From assembly GCA_038883715.1 (NCBI GenBank), contig JAVZLS010000001.1, positions 64,001-128,000 of the forward strand: a stretch of 64,000 bases of DNA, written 5' to 3'. A program made the position numbers and the translations under genes. The notes beneath the pieces are model-generated. The model worked only from the letters and a program-made list of their open reading frames with translations. It had not been told where the DNA came from and made no database searches. This stretch comes from Candidatus Bathyarchaeia archaeon (GTDB lineage Archaea; Thermoproteota; Bathyarchaeia; Bathyarchaeales; Bathycorpusculaceae). Below, piece after piece: positions 28,166 to 38,196 of this stretch (positions are counted from its first letter, which is position 1; each line of letters opens with the position of its first letter).

Positions 28166-29644
28166 TTGAGGGTGTGGGCCCTAAAAATGGTTTTTCTTAG
28201 AGAAAATCAGAGGGTAAAATTCTCCGTCCTTTCCAGAGAAGATTTAGAAAAGATTCACAAAGCCACCCTAGAAGTTTTAGAGACAACAGGGCTTAGAATC
28301 ACCAGCCAAAAATGCCTCAGAATTCTTGAGGAAGGAGGCTGCAAGGTTGACTATAAAAGGCAGATGGCATTCATCCCTTATTATTTGGTTGAAGAAGCAT
28401 TGAGGAAAAATCAGAAGAGTATAACCCTCTGTGCCAGAAATCCAAAATATGATGTAGTTTTGGATGAAAATCATGTATATATAACTACCGACGGGAATGG
28501 AACCCAAACCATTGACATGGAAACTGGGGAAAGGCGGACTTCAACAAAGGATGATATAGCCAAATCAGCCATAATTTCAGACGCCATTGACGTGGTGGAC
28601 ATATATTGGCCCATGGTAAGTGCCCAAGACTATCCAGCCCACGTTCGACATCTCCACGATCTTGAGGCTTCTTTAGCTAACACGGAAAAACATGTAACCT
28701 TCGAAACAACCATGTCGCCTAAAGAAGCTAGATATCAGATAGAAATTGCAGCGGCAGTTCTCGGAGACGAAGAGAAGCTAAGGAAGAGGCCCATAATCTC
28801 TTCCCTACACTGCACAAGCGCACCACTCCAAATGGATGGAAACAGCATGGAAGCCGCCCTAGAATTTTCTAAAGCTGGCATTCCAGTGATGTTTTTTGGA
28901 ATGCCCCAGCCAGGAGCCACGGGTCCTGTAACGCTTGCCGGTTCTTTGGTTGTGAATAATGCTGAAGTTTTGGGCTGTCTCACTCTAACTCAATTGGTTT
29001 GTCCAAGGGCTCCTGTCATTTATGGCGCTGGCATAGCGGCGTTCGATATGAAAACCTTAAAACGAGCTGGGGGAGGCCCGGAACACGGTTTAACCGGCGC
29101 CGCTGCCGGTGAGCTAGCAAGGTATTATGGTATGCCCTCTATTGTGGGAGGTTTTGTTTCAACGGCAAAGACTCCGGGAGCCCAAGCATGTTATGAAAAG
29201 TTTGCAAGCGGGTTTCCACCAGTTTTCTCCGGGTGCAGCATGATCGCCGGGATAGGATTGCTTGATGACTGCACAACCCTAGCCTTTGAAGAGATTCTAA
29301 TAGACGCTGAAATTGTGAAGATAGTTTTCCGAATAGCCCAGGGAATAGAGGTTAACGACAACACATTAGCACTTGATATTATCCGCAAAGTTGGTCCAGG
29401 CGGCAATTTCCTAGCCGAGAGACACACCCTTCAAAACTTGCGAAGGGAACATTTCATCCCCGAATTAACCGACAGGCGATCCTTCGAAGCGTGGATCAAG
29501 GATGGCGGGAAAGACCTGGTGAGGATAGCCAAGGAAAAGGTTAAGGTAATCCTTCAAACACACCAAGTTCAACCCTTAGAAAAGGATGTGCAAAAGGAAA
29601 TCAAACGTATCATTGAAAGGGCTGAAAAGGATTTAGCTACCTAA
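28166..29644 (+). CDS. MttB-superfamily corrinoid methyltransferase 1, pyrrolysine-free; start probably ATG 28187
   Basis: IHKATLEVLE, GATGPVTLAGSLV..NAE, VGPGGNFL; no in-frame TAG; MIAGIG at the Pyl-equivalent loop. Confidence 0.92.
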   Translation: MRVWALKMVFLRENQRVKFSVLSREDLEKIHKATLEVLETTGLRITSQKCLRILEEGGCKVDYKRQMAFIPYYLVEEALRKNQKSITLCARNPKYDVVLDENHVYITTDGNGTQTIDMETGERRTSTKDDIAKSAIISDAIDVVDIYWPMVSAQDYPAHVRHLHDLEASLANTEKHVTFETTMSPKEARYQIEIAAAVLGDEEKLRKRPIISSLHCTSAPLQMDGNSMEAALEFSKAGIPVMFFGMPQPGATGPVTLAGSLVVNNAEVLGCLTLTQLVCPRAPVIYGAGIAAFDMKTLKRAGGGPEHGLTGAAAGELARYYGMPSIVGGFVSTAKTPGAQACYEKFASGFPPVFSGCSMIAGIGLLDDCTTLAFEEILIDAEIVKIVFRIAQGIEVNDNTLALDIIRKVGPGGNFLAERHTLQNLRREHFIPELTDRRSFEAWIKDGGKDLVRIAKEKVKVILQTHQVQPLEKDVQKEIKRIIERAEKDLAT

Positions 29645-29661
29645 AAAGCTTATTAAAAACT

Positions 29662-31137
29662 TTGTTTGTTAAACGTTTCAAAAGGAGGAAAATTATGCCT
29701 AAATCCTCTCTTCCAAAATTTCAGCCGTTATCAGAGGATGAAATCGAGTCAATTCACCTTGCTTCTCTTAGACTCCTAGAAGAGGTTGGCGTGAAAATAT
29801 ACAGCGAAAACGCATTAAAATTATTAAGCGGCAACGGAGCTGAGGTGGACTTTGATAAGAAAATTGCCTACATCCCGCAACATTTGGTTAAGGAAGCTCT
29901 CAATAAGGCGCCTTCCACCATCAAACTTTATGGTAGAATTAGGAGGCACGACAGAGTTTTAGAAGGAGACACAGTCACATTTAATCCTGGATCATCAGCC
30001 CTATACATTCTGGATTATGAGACTGGTGAAATTAGGAGACCAGTTTCGAAGGATTTGGAGAATCTTGTTAGACTTGCCGACGCTCTTGAACATATTCAGG
30101 CGCAAAGTACAGCCATGGTTGTTTCGGATGTCCCTCAGTCAATAGTGGACCGTTACCGCCTCTACATAGTTCTAAAAAATTCTTCAAAGCCAATAATAAC
30201 CGGAGCCTTCAGCATCGATGGACTTTATGACATGAAAAGAATGCTTGAAATTGTGGCTGGCGGCGAGAAAGAATTAGCCAAAAAGCCCATGGCAATATTT
30301 GATGTCTGTCCCTCTTCACCGTTAAAATGGAGCGAAATCGACGTACAAAACCTAGTAGATTGCGCCAAATTCCGTTTACCTGTTAATATTATTCCAGCAA
30401 TCCAGTTAGGTGCCACTGGTCCCGCAACGATAGCTGGCTCCCTTGTTCAACACAACGCCGAAGTTTTAAGCGGCTTGGTGATGGTTCAGCTAGTAAATCC
30501 GGGTTCCCCGGTGATTTATGGCGGTTCACCAACGGTTTTCGATCAGAGGTGTGCTACGGCTTGTCTAGGGGCTGTGGAAGCTATGCTTCTGGGTTGTGCC
30601 TACATCCAAATTGCAAAGAGCTATCGATTGCCAACTCACATGTATATTGGACTTAGTGATGCGAAGGTGATAGATGCACAATGCGGTTTTGAAACTGGAA
30701 TAGGCTTAGTATTAGGAGCGTTGGCTGGAATAAACGTGATATCCGGACCGGGAATGTTAAACTTTGAAAATTGCCAAAGTTTAGAAAAACTTGTTATAGA
30801 CAACGAAATTTGCGGCATGGCACTTAGGCTAGCAAAGGGTGTAAAGGTTGAAGATGAAACAATAGCCTTCGACCTTATTAAAAAGGTGGGGCCCGGCGGA
30901 ACATACTTGGCAGAAAGGCACACTCTGGAATGGATTAGAAAAGAGCAGTTCGTACCATCAGAAATCATTGATCGCAAAGAATGGAAGGCTTGGAGAGACG
31001 CTGGGAAAAAAGACGTAGTGAAACGAGCTCACGAAATTGTCGAGAAAAAACTGAAAGAGCATGTGCCTGAGCCGTTACCCAAAGATGTCCAAGAAAACCT
31101 TGACAATTTTGCAAAAGACCTATTGAAAAGATGCTGA
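29662..31137 (+). CDS. MttB-superfamily corrinoid methyltransferase 2, pyrrolysine-free; start probably ATG 29695
   Basis: IHLASLRLLEEVG, GATGPATIAGSL, SDAKVIDAQ, ISGPGML, VGPGG. Confidence 0.92.
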   Translation: MFVKRFKRRKIMPKSSLPKFQPLSEDEIESIHLASLRLLEEVGVKIYSENALKLLSGNGAEVDFDKKIAYIPQHLVKEALNKAPSTIKLYGRIRRHDRVLEGDTVTFNPGSSALYILDYETGEIRRPVSKDLENLVRLADALEHIQAQSTAMVVSDVPQSIVDRYRLYIVLKNSSKPIITGAFSIDGLYDMKRMLEIVAGGEKELAKKPMAIFDVCPSSPLKWSEIDVQNLVDCAKFRLPVNIIPAIQLGATGPATIAGSLVQHNAEVLSGLVMVQLVNPGSPVIYGGSPTVFDQRCATACLGAVEAMLLGCAYIQIAKSYRLPTHMYIGLSDAKVIDAQCGFETGIGLVLGALAGINVISGPGMLNFENCQSLEKLVIDNEICGMALRLAKGVKVEDETIAFDLIKKVGPGGTYLAERHTLEWIRKEQFVPSEIIDRKEWKAWRDAGKKDVVKRAHEIVEKKLKEHVPEPLPKDVQENLDNFAKDLLKRC

Positions 31138-31218
31138 AAGAATGGCATACCGCCCTAACTTTTTATGAAAATTTAAATAGATTCCCAACGGTAAGACAGA
31201 TTCCAAGGAGGATTCAAG

Positions 31219-32124
31219 ATGTTCAAGTTTGAAAAGGAGCAGAAAATTTTTGACATTGCAAACGTGAAGGTTGGAGGGCAACCAGGTCAACTTCCAACGG
31301 TGCTCATTGGAAGCATATTTTACCATAAGCACAAGATCGTAAAGGACGAACGGAAAGGCGAGTTCGACAAGGAGAAAGCCGAAGAAGCACTGAAAAAGGA
31401 GGAGGAAATATCCAATAGAACTGGAAATCCGAGAATTGTGGATGTTTGCTGTTCATGGCCAGAAGCCTTTGAAAAATTCATAGAGTTTGTCGCAGACCAT
31501 ATTGATGGACCCTTTACGATTGATGGCGCCACAGCCGATGTTAGGATTGCCGGGGCAAAATATGTTGGGGAGGTAGGCTTATCCGAAAGGGTTGTTTACA
31601 ATTCCATAACACCCCATGTTAAAGAGGAAGAAATCACAGCCATTAGAGACGCCAAGATTAAATCTGCCATACTTTTAACACTTAACACCAAAAACCCCAC
31701 AATTTCCGGAAGGTTGCAGGTGCTCGACGAGTTATTAGCCACGGCTCAAAAGGCGGGAATAGAAAAGTTTTTGGTGGATACTACGGTTCTCGACTTGCCT
31801 GATCCTGGACCAGTTAGCAAGGCCATCTATCTAGTTAAGGAGAGGTATGGGTTGCCCGCTGGGGCTGGAACACATAACGCTGTTGACAGATGGAAAAGTA
31901 GGCGCAAGCTTGATGCAACAGAGTATATGCTTGCAACCAGTGTAGCCAACGTTTTCCCCATAATTGCCGGAGCCAACTTCATACTTTATGGACCCATTGA
32001 AAACGCTTCCCAAGCATACTTTTACTGCGGCTTAGCTGACGCTTATGTTGCTTACGCTGTTTCCCAAGAATTTGGAGCGAGACCGTTAACAAGAGATCAT
32101 CCATTATACAAAATATTCAAGTAA
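31219..32124 (+). CDS. mtrH: stand-alone MtrH/MtgA-type methylcorrinoid:tetrahydropterin methyltransferase
   Basis: MFKFEKEQKIFDI..VKVGGQPG..PTVLIGSIFY, YNSI, GTHN, LYGPIE, HPL; no mtrA-G in the window. Confidence 0.88.
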   Translation: MFKFEKEQKIFDIANVKVGGQPGQLPTVLIGSIFYHKHKIVKDERKGEFDKEKAEEALKKEEEISNRTGNPRIVDVCCSWPEAFEKFIEFVADHIDGPFTIDGATADVRIAGAKYVGEVGLSERVVYNSITPHVKEEEITAIRDAKIKSAILLTLNTKNPTISGRLQVLDELLATAQKAGIEKFLVDTTVLDLPDPGPVSKAIYLVKERYGLPAGAGTHNAVDRWKSRRKLDATEYMLATSVANVFPIIAGANFILYGPIENASQAYFYCGLADAYVAYAVSQEFGARPLTRDHPLYKIFK

Positions 32125-32217
32125 AAGTTTTCAGTAACGTCCAAAATTGGCTAGAACCACTTTACCTATTTTCCTATCAATTCAGTTTTCAAGTGTGCCA
32201 ATGGTGAGATACGGCTT

Positions 32218-33393
32218 TCACTTGTTTAACTTTTCTAGGGCTGTCCGCATTCTGTTCATTGCTTCCTTTATTTTCTCCTTTGATGTCGCATAGGAAATTC
32301 TTATGTATCCTTCACCGTAATCGCCGAAGGCTGTTCCCGGCACTGTTATCACTTTTGCCTTCTCAAGAAGATACATTGCAATTTTCTCCGAGGGCATACC
32401 TGTTTTCTTTATGCTTGGGAAAACATAGAAGGCTCCCTCAGGTTTTAGACATGTAACTCCGGGCATACTGTTTAACTCTTTTGTTACGATTTCTCTTCTT
32501 TCAGCGTACTCCTTAAGCATTTTTTGCACGTGTTCCTTTGGACCGCGTAAAGCCGCAATAGCAGCCATCTGGGAAATGGAGCTTGGATGCACAAGGACGT
32601 GCTCTTGAAGTTCGAGCATAACCTCTGTAATCTCTTCTGGTGCCACGACAAAGCCTATGCGCCATCCGGTCATGGCATAGGTTTTTGAGAATGTGAATAT
32701 GCTTACTGTTCTCTCTTTCATTTCTGGAAGAGACGCGATGCTCACGTGGTTTACTCCATCATATAAAATATTTTCATAAGCTTCATCGGAAATCACATAG
32801 AGGTCGTGTTCCAACACGATATCCGCTATGCTTTTCAGCTCCTTTTCTGTAAGCACAGCCCCTGTAGGATTGGACGGCGAATTAATAATGATAGCCTTCG
32901 TTTTCGGCGTTATCCTCTCCGCTATATCGTCGGCTTCTGCGTGGAAATTATTCTCCTCTTTGAGGGGATAATAAACTGGCTTGCCACCAGCAAGAACTGT
33001 TTGGGCGGCATAGTTTGGGAAGCCGGGATCTGGAATAAGCACCTCGTCGCCGGGGTCTATTAAAGCTAGCATCGCCAGAGATAAGCCTCCCATGGCTCCA
33101 GCTGTTGCCATAATTTCCTTCTCCGGGTCGGCTTCTATGCGGTTTTCTTTCCGCAGCTTTTCCGAAGCAGCCTTCCTAAACTCTAGGAAACCAGCATTTA
33201 CGGTGTAGTGGGTGTAGCCCTCCCTCATAGCCTTAAAAGCTGCCTCAACAATGTGCGGCGGCGTGTCAAAATCCGGCTCCCCTATTGATAAATTCACCAA
33301 GCCTTCATATTTTTGAGCCAAGTCAAACATTTTCCGGATTCCGGATTTTGGAATTTTCTTAGAACGCTTTGAAAGTTTCAATTTTTTACCCAT
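32218..33393 (-). CDS. class I/II PLP aminotransferase (AspC-like)
   Basis: IGEPDFDTP, NSPSNPTG, SDEAY, FSKTYAMTGWRIG. Confidence 0.92.
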   Translation of the reverse strand: MGKKLKLSKRSKKIPKSGIRKMFDLAQKYEGLVNLSIGEPDFDTPPHIVEAAFKAMREGYTHYTVNAGFLEFRKAASEKLRKENRIEADPEKEIMATAGAMGGLSLAMLALIDPGDEVLIPDPGFPNYAAQTVLAGGKPVYYPLKEENNFHAEADDIAERITPKTKAIIINSPSNPTGAVLTEKELKSIADIVLEHDLYVISDEAYENILYDGVNHVSIASLPEMKERTVSIFTFSKTYAMTGWRIGFVVAPEEITEVMLELQEHVLVHPSSISQMAAIAALRGPKEHVQKMLKEYAERREIVTKELNSMPGVTCLKPEGAFYVFPSIKKTGMPSEKIAMYLLEKAKVITVPGTAFGDYGEGYIRISYATSKEKIKEAMNRMRTALEKLNK

Positions 33394-33419
33394 AAGGAAA
33401 CCCTACGCTTAACGAAAAT

Positions 33420-34076
33420 TTATTTCGAATATCCTAGAAGCCTTTTAACAACTTCGACTGCCTCTGTGGCGTCTGCTCCATAGCCGTCGGCGCCTATTTC
33501 TTCAGCCCATTCTCTGCTGGCTGGAGCCCCGCCTATGATTACTTTAACCTTGTCTCTTAGGCCTTCCCTCTTTAAAGCCTCAATGACGGTTCTTTGCTCT
33601 GGCAGGGTTGTGGTTAAGAGGGCTGACAGTCCAACGACGTCTGGCTTTAACTCTTTAACCTTCTCTACAAATTTTTCAGCTGGCACGTCCTCTCCAATGT
33701 CGTAAACTTCAAACCCGTTTGCTGTTAGCATAGAGCCAACTATGGTTTTTCCTATGCTGTGGATGTCTCCTGCAACAGTGCCTAAAAGCACTTTGCCAAG
33801 AGCCTTGCGCTCCTTCTTCGCCCGTCTTAGCTCTGGCTCCAAAACTTCTAAAGCTTTTTTCATAGTTTCTGCAGCCATTACCAGTTCTGGGAGAAACGCT
33901 TCTCCGTTGGCAAATTTTTCTCCAACCTCTCTTATTCCCTTAGCTAAGCCTTCCTCTATAGCCCTAAGCAGGTCAATCCCAAGCTTTACAGCCTCTTTAG
34001 CAGCGGAAACAGCCTCATCAACATTGTAGTTTAAAACCGAAAGCCTTAATCTTTCAATGATGCTTTCTGCACCCAT
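33420..34076 (-). CDS. second cognate corrinoid protein
   Basis: GDIHSIGKTIV, SALLTTT, IIGGAP; clear paralog of 27482..28141. Confidence 0.93.
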   Translation of the reverse strand: MGAESIIERLRLSVLNYNVDEAVSAAKEAVKLGIDLLRAIEEGLAKGIREVGEKFANGEAFLPELVMAAETMKKALEVLEPELRRAKKERKALGKVLLGTVAGDIHSIGKTIVGSMLTANGFEVYDIGEDVPAEKFVEKVKELKPDVVGLSALLTTTLPEQRTVIEALKREGLRDKVKVIIGGAPASREWAEEIGADGYGADATEAVEVVKRLLGYSK

Positions 34077-35501
34077 TTATAAGCTCCCCTTTTTCTTAAT
34101 AATTTTCATAATGTTATCTTTTACATCCCTTGAGAGTGGAAGAACTTGATGTTCTTTTAATATTTTCTCAGCTTCTTCCTTAGCTTTAACCCATAAATCC
34201 TTAGCGCCCGATTTGACCCAAATCTCTGGGAAAGTCCTATCAGTTATTTTCGGTATCCAAATCTCCCTTCTGAAGTGTTCAAGGGTGTGGCGCTCCTTTA
34301 TGAAACTGCCTTTTGGTCCAACATTCTTGATAACGTCAAATGCTAGGGTTTCAACTGTGATTTCGAAGCCGCCTACAAGTTTCTTTATCATACTAACAAT
34401 CTCATTGTCTATGATGAGTCCTTCTAGGCTCATGGTGTTTTCTGAGGCGATTAAACCCATTCCGCATATTAGGTTAAGACCAGCAAGGGCTGGAAGTACA
34501 CCAGTTAAAGCCTTTTCATATCCCATCTGAGCGTCCAGAGATTTGGAGTCTGTTAAAACACCGCCGCCAGCGCTTGGAATACCATAATAATGTGCCATGT
34601 TGGCAACGCATGAGTGTAGCAGGGCAAATTCTGGTCCTCCAAGCACGGCTGAAGCTTGTCTCACATCCATGGCCCTTGCCCAACTTCCGATGACGAGCGG
34701 AGCGTTCTTATTAACCACATAACGAATCACTAAGGCACTTATGAACTCAGCCATGTTTAGGGCTAGAGTTCCAGCCAAAGTCACTGGGCTTGTCGCCCCA
34801 GCCATGGGACCAGAGTTCACAAAAACCGGGATGCCAAGTTTGCAAGCTTCAATAAATGCTTCAAGGGTAGCCCTATCATAAGTAAGTGGACTCGTTATAG
34901 ATATCAGCAAAAGCATTATCGGTTTTTTCCTCAACTCCTCCACTCCGCCAACAATAGTTGAAGCCATTTCAATGGCGTCCTGGGCGCCTTCCTTCCGCAT
35001 AGCCTCATTAATTATTGGTTTACTTGTATTTTCGAAGGCTGTTGCCCACATGTACCTATCCACAATCTCATGGGGCACATCCATAGGGGAGCCCATACAC
35101 ATGTAAAAATCAACATTATCTAATGCGTCAGCAATTCTCGTTGCATTCGCCAAGTCCTGAACTGTAACCCTCCTATAAGTTCTTGACACGGCATCATAGA
35201 AGTTAGTTGCAAAGCCCACAGTGCCAAAATGGGTTTCATCCCCGCCTAAAGTCTTCCTCGTTTTCAAATCTCTATGGTAAACACCAAATCTGTGAGGCGT
35301 CATTTGTAGAGCGTCCTCAGCGAGATAATGTGGAATAAACGCTCGCTGACTTTTATGATCAACCTCAGCGCCCGCCCCCTCAAGCTTTTGAAGAGCTTCC
35401 TCATATGGAACTATAACGCCAACCTCTTGAAGGATATCCAAGCTTGTCAGATGCACAGCGTACCTTTGTCTCTTGGAAAGCAAATTAAGAGAGGACATCA
35501 A
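34077..35501 (-). CDS. MttB-superfamily corrinoid methyltransferase 3, pyrrolysine-free
   Basis: GATSPVTLAGTL, TDSKSLDAQMGYEK, LICGMG, VGPKGSF. Confidence 0.92.
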   Translation of the reverse strand: MMSSLNLLSKRQRYAVHLTSLDILQEVGVIVPYEEALQKLEGAGAEVDHKSQRAFIPHYLAEDALQMTPHRFGVYHRDLKTRKTLGGDETHFGTVGFATNFYDAVSRTYRRVTVQDLANATRIADALDNVDFYMCMGSPMDVPHEIVDRYMWATAFENTSKPIINEAMRKEGAQDAIEMASTIVGGVEELRKKPIMLLLISITSPLTYDRATLEAFIEACKLGIPVFVNSGPMAGATSPVTLAGTLALNMAEFISALVIRYVVNKNAPLVIGSWARAMDVRQASAVLGGPEFALLHSCVANMAHYYGIPSAGGGVLTDSKSLDAQMGYEKALTGVLPALAGLNLICGMGLIASENTMSLEGLIIDNEIVSMIKKLVGGFEITVETLAFDVIKNVGPKGSFIKERHTLEHFRREIWIPKITDRTFPEIWVKSGAKDLWVKAKEEAEKILKEHQVLPLSRDVKDNIMKIIKKKGSL

Positions 35502-35646
35502 ACCTTCACTCTCTTTCCAAGGTAAAGAAAACTAATTTAAAACTTGTACCTAATAATGTTTATTCTCCCGAAAATTTTCAATAAGTTTTCGAAAATTTAA
35601 AAGGCTACATGAATATGTAATACCGTTTCAAAAAAGGCGGGTAACC

Positions 35647-36930
35647 ATGCTTATTGAAGGTTTGAAATGTATAAACTGTGGAGAAATATTTCCTCCCGAA
35701 CCAAAATTTTTTGTTTGTCCAAAATGCAGCGTCAAAAAGGTTAAAGGAATAACAGTTTTCAAGGGCATAACGGAAGTTGTGTACGATTATGAAGAGATGG
35801 GAGAAATCATAAGTAAAAAACTGTTTTCCCAGAGACCTTTCAATGCCATAAGATATAGGGAACTCTTGGGATTTCAAAAGGAAGAAAGGTTAATAACGTT
35901 AGGTGAGGGTGGAACTCCGCTACTGAAAGGCGGGAAGCTAGCTAAAAGGCTTAAAGTTAAAAATCTGCTGCTGAAAATTGAGGCTCAGAATCCAACAGGC
36001 TCTTTTAAAGACCGTGAAAGCCTCTTAGCCGTAAACAAAGCCTTACAATTTGGAAAAAAGAGTGTGTCGTGCGTTTCATCTGGAAATGCTGCTGCTTCCC
36101 TGTCCGCTTATGCAGCCAGAGCTGGACTAGCCTGTTTTGTTTTTATGCCCTCAACCGCTTCAAAGGGGAAGATTTCTCAATGCTCAGTTCACGGAGCCAA
36201 AACCTTCCTTGTGGACGGGATTTATGAGGAAATCTTTGAGGTTTACTTAGAGGCGGTTAAGGACTTAGACATTTTCGAGTCTTGCCCGGGACACAACAGG
36301 TTTAGGGTGGAAGGTGACAAGACGATCAGTTATGAAATATGTGAGCAGTTGGGATGGAGAGCACCAGACTGGGTTATAGACAATGTTGGTAACGGCACCC
36401 ACTTGTATGGCATGTGGAAAGGCTTCAAAGAGCTAAAGGACCTGGGCTTCATAGACAATTTGCCGAAAATGGTTGCCACAGGACCAGTTGGCGGGGCGCC
36501 AATAGTTGACGGATTCAAGAAGGGCGAGGCTGCACCTTTGGAAAGTTTCGAGGAATCCATAGCTGAGGGTTTGGTTAGCAGGTGGAGTTATGATGCACCC
36601 TTGGCTCTTAAAGCATTAAGAGAGTCCGGAGGAAACGCAGAGTACGTCTCAGACAAGGAGATTTTAAAGGCTATGAGCTTGTTGGCACGTCTTGAAGGAA
36701 TATTTGCGGAACCGTCTGGTTCAGCCTGCGTCGCCGCCCTTCCAAAACTCGTTGAAGCCGGCATTATTGATAGTAAGGACGAGGTTGTATGCCTAATAAC
36801 TGGAAACGGGCTTAAAGACCCAAAAAGCGGAAGACGAATATCCAAAAAGCCGATCAACGTGCCGCTTAGCGTCGGGGAAATTAAGGAATTTTTGAGGCGG
36901 TTTTCCTTAAAGCCGAAGGGAAAATTATGA
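35647..36930 (+). CDS. threonine synthase-like PLP enzyme (fold type II)
   Basis: N-terminal CxxC..CxxC, LGEGGTPL, NPTGSFKDR, SSGNAA, ITGNGLKD. Confidence 0.85.
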   Translation: MLIEGLKCINCGEIFPPEPKFFVCPKCSVKKVKGITVFKGITEVVYDYEEMGEIISKKLFSQRPFNAIRYRELLGFQKEERLITLGEGGTPLLKGGKLAKRLKVKNLLLKIEAQNPTGSFKDRESLLAVNKALQFGKKSVSCVSSGNAAASLSAYAARAGLACFVFMPSTASKGKISQCSVHGAKTFLVDGIYEEIFEVYLEAVKDLDIFESCPGHNRFRVEGDKTISYEICEQLGWRAPDWVIDNVGNGTHLYGMWKGFKELKDLGFIDNLPKMVATGPVGGAPIVDGFKKGEAAPLESFEESIAEGLVSRWSYDAPLALKALRESGGNAEYVSDKEILKAMSLLARLEGIFAEPSGSACVAALPKLVEAGIIDSKDEVVCLITGNGLKDPKSGRRISKKPINVPLSVGEIKEFLRRFSLKPKGKL

Positions 36931-37817
36931 GTTTATTTTTCGGAGCTGAAACAAAAAACAAAAATGATGCAAACGCCTTTGTTCTTGGTTTATGTTGGGA
37001 TAAAAGCTCATCCTTTAGGAAAGGCTCGGCGAAAGCCCCAAAAGCCATCAGAGAATACACAAGCTCAAAAATATACAACCCTTTCACCGAAAACAACGTG
37101 AACCTTAAGGTTCACTGGAAAATTTACGATTTAGGCGATATAGCACCCCCATCAATCACAAAGGCTTTTGAAATGGTGAAAGATGTCATTGGCAAAAACG
37201 TTGATTCTAAATTGTACATTTTCTTCGGAGGAGACCACAGCATCACATACGCTACGTTAAAGACTTTAAAAGAAATCTCAAAAGCTCCTTGGGGTTTAAT
37301 CTACTTTGACGCCCACCCCGACTTATACGAGAGCTATGATGGAGATCCATACTCCCACGCATGCACTGTGAGGAGGATAGTTGAAGAGGGCATCGTTAAT
37401 CCTCACTATATAATTCAAATCGGCATAAGGGCATCCACGGCCGAGCAGACGGCTTATGCCAAAAAAGCCAAGATAAAAACTGTAACCACATCTGAAGTTT
37501 ATAAAAATGCAGAGAAAATTTCCTCCCTTATAAACGAAGCCTTGGGCAAGGTTGAAAACGTGTACGTATCCCTAGACGTCGACGTCCTAGACCCTGCATT
37601 TGCTCCGGGAGTCGGCAACCCTGAAGGTGGAGGAATAACGCTGCGAAACCTTATAGACCTAATCCATTACCTGAAAGGATTAAACATAAAGGCCTTGGAC
37701 GTGGTCGAAGCAAATCCAGATTATGATTGCGCAGGCATAACCTTTTTCAGCGTATCAAAATTCATCAGAGAATTTTTAGGAATTACTATAAAGCCACATG
37801 CAAAAAGTGGGGTTTAA
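36927..37817 (+). CDS. agmatinase/ureohydrolase family protein
   Basis: GGDHSIT, DAHPD, SHAC, SLDVDVLDPAFAPG. Confidence 0.9.
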   Translation: MSLFFGAETKNKNDANAFVLGLCWDKSSSFRKGSAKAPKAIREYTSSKIYNPFTENNVNLKVHWKIYDLGDIAPPSITKAFEMVKDVIGKNVDSKLYIFFGGDHSITYATLKTLKEISKAPWGLIYFDAHPDLYESYDGDPYSHACTVRRIVEEGIVNPHYIIQIGIRASTAEQTAYAKKAKIKTVTTSEVYKNAEKISSLINEALGKVENVYVSLDVDVLDPAFAPGVGNPEGGGITLRNLIDLIHYLKGLNIKALDVVEANPDYDCAGITFFSVSKFIREFLGITIKPHAKSGV

Positions 37818-38027
37818 ACTTAAAAGTGTTGAAAAGAGAGAGGCTTCAGAAATAGTCTTTATGGAATTAACCTTTTAAACAGTTACATTGGCGGCCATTA
37901 CTGGGTCTTCAAGGAAATGATAAGGGAGAGAAGGGCTCCGAAAGTAGTCAAAATAAGCGGGAGAGTTATTTCTGTTTTGCAAAAAACTTTTACTTCTAAG
38001 TTGAGTTCTATCTTGTGGTGGTTGTTG

Positions 38028-38177
38028 TTGGATCTTAAGCTTCTTGTTGACGGTGAAGAGATAAGCCTTAACAAGTTTGTTGTTAAGATTTTGGGCGGCA
38101 CCATTGTTGGGGCTGTTAGTGCTTTGCGTGGCGTCAAAGAGGATTGGAAGGAAATTAAAGTAGAGATTAGGCGGTAA
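38028..38177 (+). CDS. small protein resembling the C-terminal domain of archaeal MobB proteins
   Basis: LLVDGEEISLNKFV..ILGGTIVGAVSALRGV; likely TTG start near 38028 within the longer ORF 37917..38177. Confidence 0.5.
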   Translation: MDLKLLVDGEEISLNKFVVKILGGTIVGAVSALRGVKEDWKEIKVEIRR

Positions 38178-38196
38178 ATGTTAGGGATGAGCGCGC

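Noticed and set aside
31219-32124. Evidence for methanogenesis (Mtr complex)
   Set aside because: Only an MtrH-like gene is present, with no mtrA-G or mcr. Stand-alone MtrH/MtgA is common in non-methanogens.
28166-35501. Pyrrolysine-dependent trimethylamine methyltransferases
   Set aside because: All three MttB ORFs are uninterrupted with no in-frame TAG, and no pyl genes are present. The nearby tRNA has anticodon CTT, not CTA.
19788-37817. Integrated mobile element at the tRNA-Lys gene
   Set aside because: I found no integrase or transposase and no duplicated tRNA 3' end by eye. Horizontal origin of the cluster remains possible but is unsupported here.
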